Assembly: GCA_964610335.1 (NCBI GenBank)
Contig: CAZSVP010000003.1
Location: forward strand, 13,531-77,530
Direction of reading: 5' to 3'
Source of the DNA: an uncultured Candidatus Saccharibacteria bacterium
Lineage (GTDB): Bacteria; Patescibacteriota; Saccharimonadia; CAILAD01; BJGX01
Length of the DNA stretch: 64,000 nucleotides
Shown here: positions 1 to 7,538 of the stretch, in pieces
How positions within the stretch are numbered: position 1 is the stretch's first letter
Layout: each line of letters starts with the position of its first letter
The notes under the pieces: model-generated
Databases searched by the model: none
Seen by the model: the letters and a program-made list of their open reading frames with translations, nothing else
Told to the model about the DNA's origin: nothing
Program-made: the position numbers and the translations under genes

Positions 1-449
1 TATTCAAACTACTAGTGCTAGGATTCATAGTAATTATGCTGATTCTCGGTAGCTTCATATATGGCAACATTGTTCGCAACAAGCAGAACAAGCAAGCCTC
101 TCAGCCCAACCAGAATACTACCGGCTCTACAGATAGCAAAGCAAACACTACTAACCCCAACTTGCCAGCCAACGCCAACAAAGAGCCCAATCAGCCTGGC
201 CAGAATGCCAAAACCCCTACTCCTGCACCTGTGCAGCAGGGTACCAATCAAGCAGCGCCATCGACTTCAACTCCGCCACAATCTAGTACTTCTGCGCCAG
301 CCCCACAACCTAGCGGCACTATTCCAAATACAGGTTTAGAACTTCACTATGAGGCCATTCCTGCCACTATCATGGCAACACTAGGCTACATCTATATCAA
401 ACAACGTAAAAGCATGGCCAAGCAGCGCAAGCAACCTCTTTACATATAG
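1..449 (+). CDS. Surface protein with LPXTG-like sorting signal (probably 5'-truncated by the window edge)
   Basis: Frame is open back to the window start. N-terminal TM segment, N/Q/P/T/S-rich stalk, then IPNTG, a hydrophobic stretch and a basic tail (KQRKSMAKQRK). Confidence 0.6.
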   Translation, partial: FKLLVLGFIVIMLILGSFIYGNIVRNKQNKQASQPNQNTTGSTDSKANTTNPNLPANANKEPNQPGQNAKTPTPAPVQQGTNQAAPSTSTPPQSSTSAPAPQPSGTIPNTGLELHYEAIPATIMATLGYIYIKQRKSMAKQRKQPLYI

Positions 450-548
450 CCAAATATCAGGTATGATAAGGTCAATACAAGTTCCATAAACCTTTGCTTT
501 AGGTTCTTGGACTGTAAATCCAATTGTTCGAAAGGAAAATTTAAGATA

Positions 549-1655
549 ATGAATGATAACACCAACGCTTCGGTGATGGAAGAGTTGTTAGCTGGCGCTC
601 AAACCAAAAGCTTGCAAGCCGAAGACAATATAGAAGCCACAGTAATAGAAGAGGATAAACGCCAGATCTGGGTAGACCTAGGAGTATTTGGAACTGGACT
701 TGTTACTAGTAAAGAAGTAGAACACCTAGGGCGTGAATATACTCCTGGTGAAAAAGTTTCTGTCTCGGTAGTAGTGCCCGACACAGCCGAAGGCTATGCT
801 GTAGTCAGCATCAAGAAAGTAGCCAAAGAAAAGGGCTGGGATGTACTGGAGAGCCGGTTCAACCAAAAAGAAACTTTTGGTATCGTGCCATTCGATGCCA
901 ACAAGGGCGGACTGCTTGTTGAGGTGGAAGGCGTGCGTGGTTTCTTACCTGTCAGCCAACTCTCAGCCGAAAACTATCCACGGGTTAGTGGAGCTGACAA
1001 AGATGAGATCCTACATCGACTCAACCACTTAGTAGGCCAAACTCTGATGGTTCGTATACTTGATCTAGATCGCAAAGAAAGCAAGTTAATCGTGTCTGAG
1101 AAAGAAGCTCAGCGTGAGTTTACCGAGGGTAAGCTAGCTGGTCTTAAGGTAGGCGATAAGGTTAGTGGTATTGCTACAGGTGTAGTGGACTTCGGTGTGT
1201 TTGTAAATGTTGATGGCATAGAAGGTCTGGTGCACATCTCTGAGATTGCATGGGATCGCGTAGACAATCCTAGCCGCTACGTCAAGGTAGGACAAGACAT
1301 CGACGCCGTCATAATTGCCATCGACGCTGACAAGCTATCACTCTCTATGAAACAACTGCAAGATGATCCTTGGGCCAAGGAAGTAGGCAAGCTCAAGGTT
1401 GGAGACAAAGTAGACGGTAAGGTTACTCGCATCACGCCATTTGGTGCTTTTGTACAGGTCAATTCTGCTGTAGAAGCACTGGTTCATATCTCTGAGCTAT
1501 CTGACAAGCACGTAGCTGATCCATCGGAGCTAGTGAAGGTTGGTGAAACCAAGACATTCCGTGTCGTGGACATCGATGAAAAGCAGCACAAGCTGTCGCT
1601 AAGCCTCAAATCACCCAAAACTACTACCAAAGCATCTACCGATGACGACAAGTAA
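549..1655 (+). CDS. rpsA: 30S ribosomal protein S1 (short, about 4 S1 domains)
   Basis: S1 repeats: GVRGFLPVSQL, DFGVFV..EGLVHISEIAW, PFGAFV..EALVHISELS. ATG at 549 follows AAAGGAAA. Confidence 0.93.
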   Translation: MNDNTNASVMEELLAGAQTKSLQAEDNIEATVIEEDKRQIWVDLGVFGTGLVTSKEVEHLGREYTPGEKVSVSVVVPDTAEGYAVVSIKKVAKEKGWDVLESRFNQKETFGIVPFDANKGGLLVEVEGVRGFLPVSQLSAENYPRVSGADKDEILHRLNHLVGQTLMVRILDLDRKESKLIVSEKEAQREFTEGKLAGLKVGDKVSGIATGVVDFGVFVNVDGIEGLVHISEIAWDRVDNPSRYVKVGQDIDAVIIAIDADKLSLSMKQLQDDPWAKEVGKLKVGDKVDGKVTRITPFGAFVQVNSAVEALVHISELSDKHVADPSELVKVGETKTFRVVDIDEKQHKLSLSLKSPKTTTKASTDDDK

Positions 1656-1700
1656 CTAACAAAATAGCCACACTCGGTGGCAGCTACAAGGAAAACACTC

Positions 1701-3458
1701 ATGAGTGAAACAGACCCCAAACGAATTGAAATTACCGCCCCCATCCAAGTGAGTGAATTTGCCAAGCTGCTTGATTTAAGCGCTGCCGATGTAGTGGGCG
1801 CGCTTATGCGCAATGGTGTTATGGCCACTATCAATGAAAGTATCGACTACGACACAGCTGCAATTATTGGTGGTGAGCTGGGCTTTGAAATAGCCGAAGC
1901 CCAAGCCGGGCGTGGCGAAACTGTCGAGGCTGTTGACGAGTCGTTGCTCAAACCTCGTCCACCGGTGGTGGCCGTGATGGGCCATGTCGACCATGGCAAG
2001 ACTAGCCTGCTCGATGCTATCCGCAGTAGTAAGGTGGCAGCCGGTGAGGCTGGTGGCATCACTCAACACATTGGTGCTTACCAAGTTGAGCGCAAAGATC
2101 GAATTATTACTTTTCTCGACACTCCTGGTCACGAAGCCTTCTCGGCAATTCGTGCTCATGGCGCCAAGACTGCCGATATTGCAATTATTGTGGTAGCTGC
2201 CGACGACGGTGTGAAGCCCCAGACCAAGGAGGCTATTGAGCACGCCAAAGCCGCCAATGTAAGTATAGTAGTAGCTATTAACAAGATCGATGCCAGTGGT
2301 GCTGATGTCAACCGTGCCAAGCAAGAGCTTAGTGAGATTGGTGTGGTAGCCGATGATTGGGGCGGTGACATTCCAACTGTTGGAGTTTCTGCCAAGACCG
2401 GTGAAGGCATTGAGAACCTACTTGATGTAGTGTTACTGGTTAGTGACATAGCTGAGCCCAAGGCTCGCGTTGAGGGCATGGCACGTGGCGTAGTGATAGA
2501 GTCACATCTTAGTACTGGACAGGGCCCAGTTGCTTCGGCACTTATTCAGGAGGGTACACTCGATGTTGGTGATTGGATCGTACTCGAAGATGGTTACGGC
2601 AAGGTACGCAGTTTGCAAGATTTTCGTGGTAAGCGCATCAAGTCGGCTACACCAGCCACTCCGGTAGTGATATCTGGCCTCAAAGAATTGCCCAACTACG
2701 GTGATTGGATCGAAGAGGTTGAGAGTGAGCGAGCTGCTAAGGATTGGGCTACCAGCCAAGCTCGCAAACAAAGTGCCAAGTCGCTGGTGAATGTAAAGTC
2801 ACTTAGTAGCGCCGACCTAGCTCGAGCCGTTGCTGAGGGTGATCGTAAAGAGCTCAACATCATAGTCAAAGCCGATGCCCAGGGCTCACTCGAGTCGCTA
2901 CAGAGCGCACTAGAACAAATCGGCAACGACAAGGTTGGCGTTAAGATAGTCTCTATTGGGATTGGCGACATTACAGAGAGTGATATCAATGCTGCTACAG
3001 CTAGTGGTGCTATTATAGTTGGCTTCCATGTCAGTATTGCCGCCGCAGTCAATCAGCTGGCCAAACGCGCTGATGTAGAGTTCCGTTTGTACAAGATCAT
3101 CTACGAACTACTAGATGACATTCGCAGCTGGCTACTAAGCCTGTTGCCACCAGAAATAGTTGAGACCGAGATGGCTCGGCTTAAAGTACTTGGTGTATTT
3201 GGAGCGCGCAAGAAAGTCCAAACTGTTGGCGGCCAAGTTGTAAGTGGCAAAATTACTCCTGAGCTAAAGGTAGCCGTAATGCGCGGCAAAGAGCGGGCCG
3301 GTGAAGGCAAGCTACAGAGTCTACAACGCAACAAAGAGGTAGTTAAACAAGTCGCTGAAGGCGATGAGTGTGGAATGCAAATAGAATCCAGTACTACCAT
3401 CGCTATGGATGACGAGCTGATGTTTTACAAGACCGAAGAAAAACCACCGACACTATAG
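1701..3458 (+). CDS. infB: Translation initiation factor IF-2
   Basis: [42 protein letters not shown]. Confidence 0.98.
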   Translation: MSETDPKRIEITAPIQVSEFAKLLDLSAADVVGALMRNGVMATINESIDYDTAAIIGGELGFEIAEAQAGRGETVEAVDESLLKPRPPVVAVMGHVDHGKTSLLDAIRSSKVAAGEAGGITQHIGAYQVERKDRIITFLDTPGHEAFSAIRAHGAKTADIAIIVVAADDGVKPQTKEAIEHAKAANVSIVVAINKIDASGADVNRAKQELSEIGVVADDWGGDIPTVGVSAKTGEGIENLLDVVLLVSDIAEPKARVEGMARGVVIESHLSTGQGPVASALIQEGTLDVGDWIVLEDGYGKVRSLQDFRGKRIKSATPATPVVISGLKELPNYGDWIEEVESERAAKDWATSQARKQSAKSLVNVKSLSSADLARAVAEGDRKELNIIVKADAQGSLESLQSALEQIGNDKVGVKIVSIGIGDITESDINAATASGAIIVGFHVSIAAAVNQLAKRADVEFRLYKIIYELLDDIRSWLLSLLPPEIVETEMARLKVLGVFGARKKVQTVGGQVVSGKITPELKVAVMRGKERAGEGKLQSLQRNKEVVKQVAEGDECGMQIESSTTIAMDDELMFYKTEEKPPTL

Positions 3459-3466
3459 GATAGCTA

Positions 3467-3784
3467 ATGTCACGACTTACCAAACTCAATCTTCAGCTTA
3501 CGCGAGTATTGGCTGAGGCCTTCCAAAACTACCCCGAGCGCGATCCGAAGCTACTAGTCACTGTAGTAGCAGTGGAGGTATCGGCCGATATATCTAGTGC
3601 GCTAGTATGGCTTAGTATGCTTGGTGATCAATCCAAGGTAGATGGCTACCTCAAAAGTCTCGATGCCAACAAGCGCTACTTTGCTGAGTTCTTGCACGAT
3701 CGCTTTGAGGCCAAGCGTCAGCCCAAACTGATATTTCGACAGTCTCAATCACTCGAGAAGCTCCAAGATATAGCTGGTAGCTAG
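3467..3784 (+). CDS. rbfA: Ribosome-binding factor A
   Basis: Directly after infB. VTVVAVEVSADISSALVW and C-terminal PKLIF match the RbfA pattern. Confidence 0.85.
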   Translation: MSRLTKLNLQLTRVLAEAFQNYPERDPKLLVTVVAVEVSADISSALVWLSMLGDQSKVDGYLKSLDANKRYFAEFLHDRFEAKRQPKLIFRQSQSLEKLQDIAGS

Positions 3785-3826
3785 CAACCACTTGAGTTGG
3801 ATGCTGCGGCGTTGTATCATATGAGT

Positions 3827-4195
3827 ATGAGTAAAACAGTCCTGCTTGTCGAAGACAATGATTTTATCCGCAATATGTATCAGCTCAAGCTGAGCAAATC
3901 GGGGCTTGAAGTAGTAGAAGCTGGCGATGGTGTACAGGCTCTCGAGAAGATCAAGGCCCAAAAGCCTGATGTAATACTGCTAGATCTTATGATGCCCAAC
4001 ATGGGTGGCCTCGATGTGCTCAAGCAGCTCAAGGCAGATGGTATGTTACCCGATCTCCCGGTAGTAGTACTCACCAATGTGATGGATCAGCAGTCTGTCG
4101 ACGATGCCAAGAAGCTAGGAGCCCGCGACTACATAGTCAAGACTGATCTCACACCTACACAGGTAGTAGAGAAGATCCAGCCACTGTTACAATAA
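3827..4195 (+). CDS. Single-domain response regulator (CheY-like)
   Basis: VLLVEDN, PDVILLDLMMPNMGG, VVVLTN, DYIVK. Start chosen 6 nt after the -10 hexamer TATCAT. Confidence 0.92.
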   Translation: MSKTVLLVEDNDFIRNMYQLKLSKSGLEVVEAGDGVQALEKIKAQKPDVILLDLMMPNMGGLDVLKQLKADGMLPDLPVVVLTNVMDQQSVDDAKKLGARDYIVKTDLTPTQVVEKIQPLLQ

Positions 4196-4217
4196 TTGAT
4201 TATTTAATTCAGTAAGC

Positions 4218-4247
4218 TTGACCAGTTTACAATTATTCTAGTATGAT
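4218..4247 (+). promoter_or_regulatory. Sigma70-type promoter of array gene 1
   Basis: TTGACC-N18-TATGAT; homologous to the promoters at 4911 and 5519. Confidence 0.65.
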
Positions 4248-4279
4248 TGTGATAATCAACAAATTCATAGGAGTAAACA

Positions 4280-4879
4280 ATGCCAGCCAAATCCAACGTC
4301 CGTAAGAGTACTAGTAAATCTGGAGGGTTTAAGTTTCGATGGTGGATGGGTTTGGGGTTAGTGCTAGTAATAGCACTTGTTGGATTATTGGTACTTAGGT
4401 TTAGTAAGGCAGGTACTGCTGCTCTAGTCACTTGTGGCAACTACCCTCCAAATATTTCAAATGTTAGCATGCAGTATGTCTACAACAAGGGCACGCCCAA
4501 TACTCAAAATGTTTGTATGATGAAGTCGCCTTATGCATTTTCGCCACTAGGCACTAAGATTACACCAGGCGCAGCTGCTACGTACTGTGTAAAAGGGAGA
4601 TACGTAGGGGATATTAGCTTTACAGCTATAGCTTATACGCCAAACAATACTACGTTCTCATCGCAACCCTCAAACCTAAGTGCGGCTAACTCATATGTAA
4701 GGGGGTTTGGTAACAATTGGATAGCAGACCCTGTGCCAGGTACAGGTGGAGGGGATGTTACGCTGGCCTGTACCAGAGTGCAAACTCCTGATGGAGCAAC
4801 ATCAAGAATTGATTTTGTTTCGCATGGCAATGGGCTAGTTTTTATGCACGCAATAGATGTAGTTGACATCCATAACTAG
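4280..4879 (+). CDS. Exported Cys-containing protein, GFxFRWW-leader family member 1
   Basis: SD AGGAG. Basic N-terminus, GGFKFRWWM, TM helix, RFSKA, then a unique mature region with 4 Cys. Confidence 0.85.
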   Translation: MPAKSNVRKSTSKSGGFKFRWWMGLGLVLVIALVGLLVLRFSKAGTAALVTCGNYPPNISNVSMQYVYNKGTPNTQNVCMMKSPYAFSPLGTKITPGAAATYCVKGRYVGDISFTAIAYTPNNTTFSSQPSNLSAANSYVRGFGNNWIADPVPGTGGGDVTLACTRVQTPDGATSRIDFVSHGNGLVFMHAIDVVDIHN

Positions 4880-4910
4880 TACTTACCTAAGGATAGAAGC
4901 TTTAGTAATC

Positions 4911-4940
4911 TTGACAGGTTTAGTAATGTTCTCGTACTAT
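4911..4940 (+). promoter_or_regulatory. Sigma70-type promoter of array gene 2
   Basis: TTGACA-N18-TACTAT. Confidence 0.7.
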
Positions 4941-4972
4941 TAGCATAATAAGTAAAACAAGGAAAACTAAAT

Positions 4973-5449
4973 ATGCCAGCTAAATCAAATGTTCGTAATG
5001 GTGCCAGTAAATCTGGAGGCTTTAAGTTTAAGTGGTGGATGGGTGTTGGGCTCGTAGCTATTATCGCTGTTATTGGAGTGGTGATTGTACGATTTAGCAA
5101 CGCTTCTACTCTAAATCAATATGACCAGAAAATTACTAAGAATAGCAGATACGGTTCACCATTTCCAGAGCCAGTGTATGCTTCAAGCCTTTGTTCTAAT
5201 ACAACCTTTCCAAAATATCTAGATACGTACTCAGCGGGTAGATTTGTATACTGTGGAAGATTTATAGATAATGGTCACATAAGGTGGGCTAGGAATAATG
5301 GTAATAACTCTACTACTTGTGCCGAAATCCAAAGAATTGGGGTTGGACCAAATAAAACAAGGGCATACTTTGTTATTGACGATGAAGACTCAAGTGATCT
5401 AGATACTGGGAAAACAGTTTTAATTGTAGAAAGGCCTTGTTCTGAGTAG
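4973..5449 (+). CDS. Exported Cys-containing protein, leader family member 2
   Basis: Leader GGFKFKWWM...RFSNA; close paralog of 5585-6070. Confidence 0.88.
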   Translation: MPAKSNVRNGASKSGGFKFKWWMGVGLVAIIAVIGVVIVRFSNASTLNQYDQKITKNSRYGSPFPEPVYASSLCSNTTFPKYLDTYSAGRFVYCGRFIDNGHIRWARNNGNNSTTCAEIQRIGVGPNKTRAYFVIDDEDSSDLDTGKTVLIVERPCSE

Positions 5450-5452
5450 CGT

Positions 5453-5500
5453 TTACTGAAAATAACCATTAATGAACGCGCTTGCGTTCATTTTTGATTT
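5453..5500 (-). pseudogene. Displaced 3'-terminal fragment of an fmt allele
   Basis: Minus strand reads KSKMNASAFINGYFQ*; the intact fmt ends KTKMNAEAFINGYLK*. Confidence 0.85.
5471..5495 (+). terminator. Intrinsic terminator after array gene 2
   Basis: AATGAACGC-GCTT-GCGTTCATT followed by TTT. Confidence 0.75.
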
Positions 5501-5518
5501 ACTCAAGTTTCGGTAAGC

Positions 5519-5549
5519 TTGACAGGTTTGCTTTTTTTTTTGCTACTAT
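5519..5549 (+). promoter_or_regulatory. Promoter of array gene 3 with a T10 tract in the spacer
   Basis: TTGACA-N19-TACTAT; T10 at 5532-5541. Confidence 0.65.
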
Positions 5550-5584
5550 TTGATTAACTAAGTAACAAACAAGGAAAACTTAAT

Positions 5585-6070
5585 ATGCCAGCTAAATCAA
5601 ATGTTCGTAAGGGTGCCAGTAAGCCTGGAGGCTTTAAGTTTAAGTGGTGGATGGGTGTCGGGCTTGTAGCTATTATTGCTATCATTGGAGTGGTGATCGT
5701 ACGATTTAGCAACGCTTCTACAATAAGCCAATATGACCAACAAATTACTAACAATAGCAGAGGAATACCAAGTCCTCAGGATCCAACAGGTATTGGTGCT
5801 TTCCAATGTGGTGGTAGTGGCTTTAACAAATTTGTACAAGGAACGACAGCTGGAAAGTTTTGGTTCTGTGGATATTTTCATGACAACGGCCATATTCGAT
5901 GGGTAAGAGATAATGGAAGTAACTCATTTACATGTGCGGAGATTCAGCGAATCGGACAAGGTCCCAATAAAACTCGTGCCTATTTTGTTATTGATAATGA
6001 GAACTCTAGCGATCTAGATACCGGCAAAACAGTACTATTTATTGAGAGACCTTGCAGCGAAGGGCGATAG
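5585..6070 (+). CDS. Exported Cys-containing protein, leader family member 3
   Basis: N- and C-termini nearly identical to 4973-5449; the central segment is divergent. Confidence 0.88.
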   Translation: MPAKSNVRKGASKPGGFKFKWWMGVGLVAIIAIIGVVIVRFSNASTISQYDQQITNNSRGIPSPQDPTGIGAFQCGGSGFNKFVQGTTAGKFWFCGYFHDNGHIRWVRDNGSNSFTCAEIQRIGQGPNKTRAYFVIDNENSSDLDTGKTVLFIERPCSEGR

Positions 6071-6074
6071 TTAA

Positions 6075-6986
6075 TTACTTCAGGTATCCATTAATGAACG
6101 CTTCGGCGTTCATTTTGGTTTTGCCGGCAGGTTGAAGTTCGAGTATCTCGAGGCTACTATCTTCGCAACCAAAATACAGTTTTTTGTCGGCAACAGTTAG
6201 TTTGCCAGCTGGGGTTTTTTGATCTGAAACTGAAGCTCTGTGAATTACAATTCGCAAGTCGTTCATGTCTAGGTAGCTCTTCGGCCAGCCAGCATAAGCG
6301 CATACCTCATACTCTAGCTGGGTTGCAGACTTACTTGGATCAAGATGTCCGTCAGTTTTGGCTATGCGTTTGGTGAAAGTTGGCTCACCAGATTGTGGCG
6401 AGGGCTGCAACTTGTCATTGATTATTGCTGGTAGGGTTTCTACCAATAGATCCGCGCCCATACTACCTAGTTTGTCCACCAATTCTTGTTTGGTTTCGGT
6501 ACCAGAAAGCTTAAGTTCGCGCTGAGCATAGACTGGGCCAGCATCCATCTCGGCTACTAGCTTCATGAGCGACACACCGGTCTTGGTATCGCCTTGCAGT
6601 ATGGTACTCTCGATTGGTGTGGAGCCACGTAGCTGTGGCAACAGTGATGGGTGGATATTGATTATACCCATTGGGAACATATCTAGCACTTGTTGAGGCA
6701 CAATTTGTCCAAAAGCCACCAGTATACCAAGTTCGCTGCGGTGTTTGGCTACCTTGTCTGCCAAGGAGATTTTGTGGCCAGGTAGGATAACTGGTATACC
6801 GTGCTGGTGTGCCAACGTACCTATCTCGAGCTCACGACTCTGGCGTGACACACTGTCGACGTGATTGGCTATCACGGCCTCTATCTCGTAGCCGGCTTTG
6901 ATGAGAGCATTCAATACAGGTACCTTTGTGGTAGTACCAGTAGCAAGCCGTTCATTACCAAAAAAAACTATTTTAGGCTTAGTCAT
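6075..6986 (-). CDS. fmt: Methionyl-tRNA formyltransferase
   Basis: KIVFFG, INIHPSLLPQLRGSTPI, TGVSLM..EMDAGPV; adjacent to def. Confidence 0.96.
   Translation of the reverse strand: MTKPKIVFFGNERLATGTTTKVPVLNALIKAGYEIEAVIANHVDSVSRQSRELEIGTLAHQHGIPVILPGHKISLADKVAKHRSELGILVAFGQIVPQQVLDMFPMGIINIHPSLLPQLRGSTPIESTILQGDTKTGVSLMKLVAEMDAGPVYAQRELKLSGTETKQELVDKLGSMGADLLVETLPAIINDKLQPSPQSGEPTFTKRIAKTDGHLDPSKSATQLEYEVCAYAGWPKSYLDMNDLRIVIHRASVSDQKTPAGKLTVADKKLYFGCEDSSLEILELQPAGKTKMNAEAFINGYLK
6093..6116 (+). terminator. Intrinsic terminator encoded antisense within the fmt 3' coding region
   Basis: AATGAACGC-TTCG-GCGTTCATT-TT, with a C(UUCG)G tetraloop. Confidence 0.7.
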
Positions 6987-7536
6987 CTGGTTGGAGTCTC
7001 TTGGCTTCATCTGGTGCTAGTGGGCGTAGCTTACCATCGTCGTCTAAGTGGAAAAGATTACTAGCATCGTCGACGTGGTCAAGAAATATTACACCGGCCA
7101 TATGATCTATTTCGTGTTGAAGCACACGAGCTGGGAAGCCCTCGACACTGAGTCGTACTGGATCGCCGTTTTCGTCGAGCGCTTTTACTTTTATCTTGAG
7201 CGGGCGGGTAACACGGCCATAAATGCCAGGGACACTTAGGCAGCCCTCTATGTCGTCGACAGTAGCATCGCTGACCTTCACTATCTCTGGGTTGACCAGT
7301 GTAGTGAACTCGCTTTCTTCTGGGTTGTCGAAATTGTTGCGCACCACGGTGAGCTTAAGTGGTTCATTGATCTGGATAGCTGCTAGGGCAGCACCAAACT
7401 CGCTATCGTGATCCCAGTCAAGCGTGGTTTCGATCATGTCATTGGCGAGCTGGCGAATAGAATCGTCAACATAGCCAATTCGCTTGGACTTCATGCGCAG
7501 AATCTTATTGGGGATGGTTACGATTTTACGAATCAT
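6979..7536 (-). CDS. def: Peptide deformylase
   Basis: GAALAAIQI, EGCLSVPG, QHEIDHMAG. Confidence 0.97.
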   Translation of the reverse strand: MIRKIVTIPNKILRMKSKRIGYVDDSIRQLANDMIETTLDWDHDSEFGAALAAIQINEPLKLTVVRNNFDNPEESEFTTLVNPEIVKVSDATVDDIEGCLSVPGIYGRVTRPLKIKVKALDENGDPVRLSVEGFPARVLQHEIDHMAGVIFLDHVDDASNLFHLDDDGKLRPLAPDEAKRLQPDD

Positions 7537-7538
7537 AA

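Noticed and set aside
4973-6070. Diversity-generating retroelement TR/VR pair
   Set aside because: Differences between the paralogs are largely synonymous and not adenine-specific; no reverse transcriptase is in the window.
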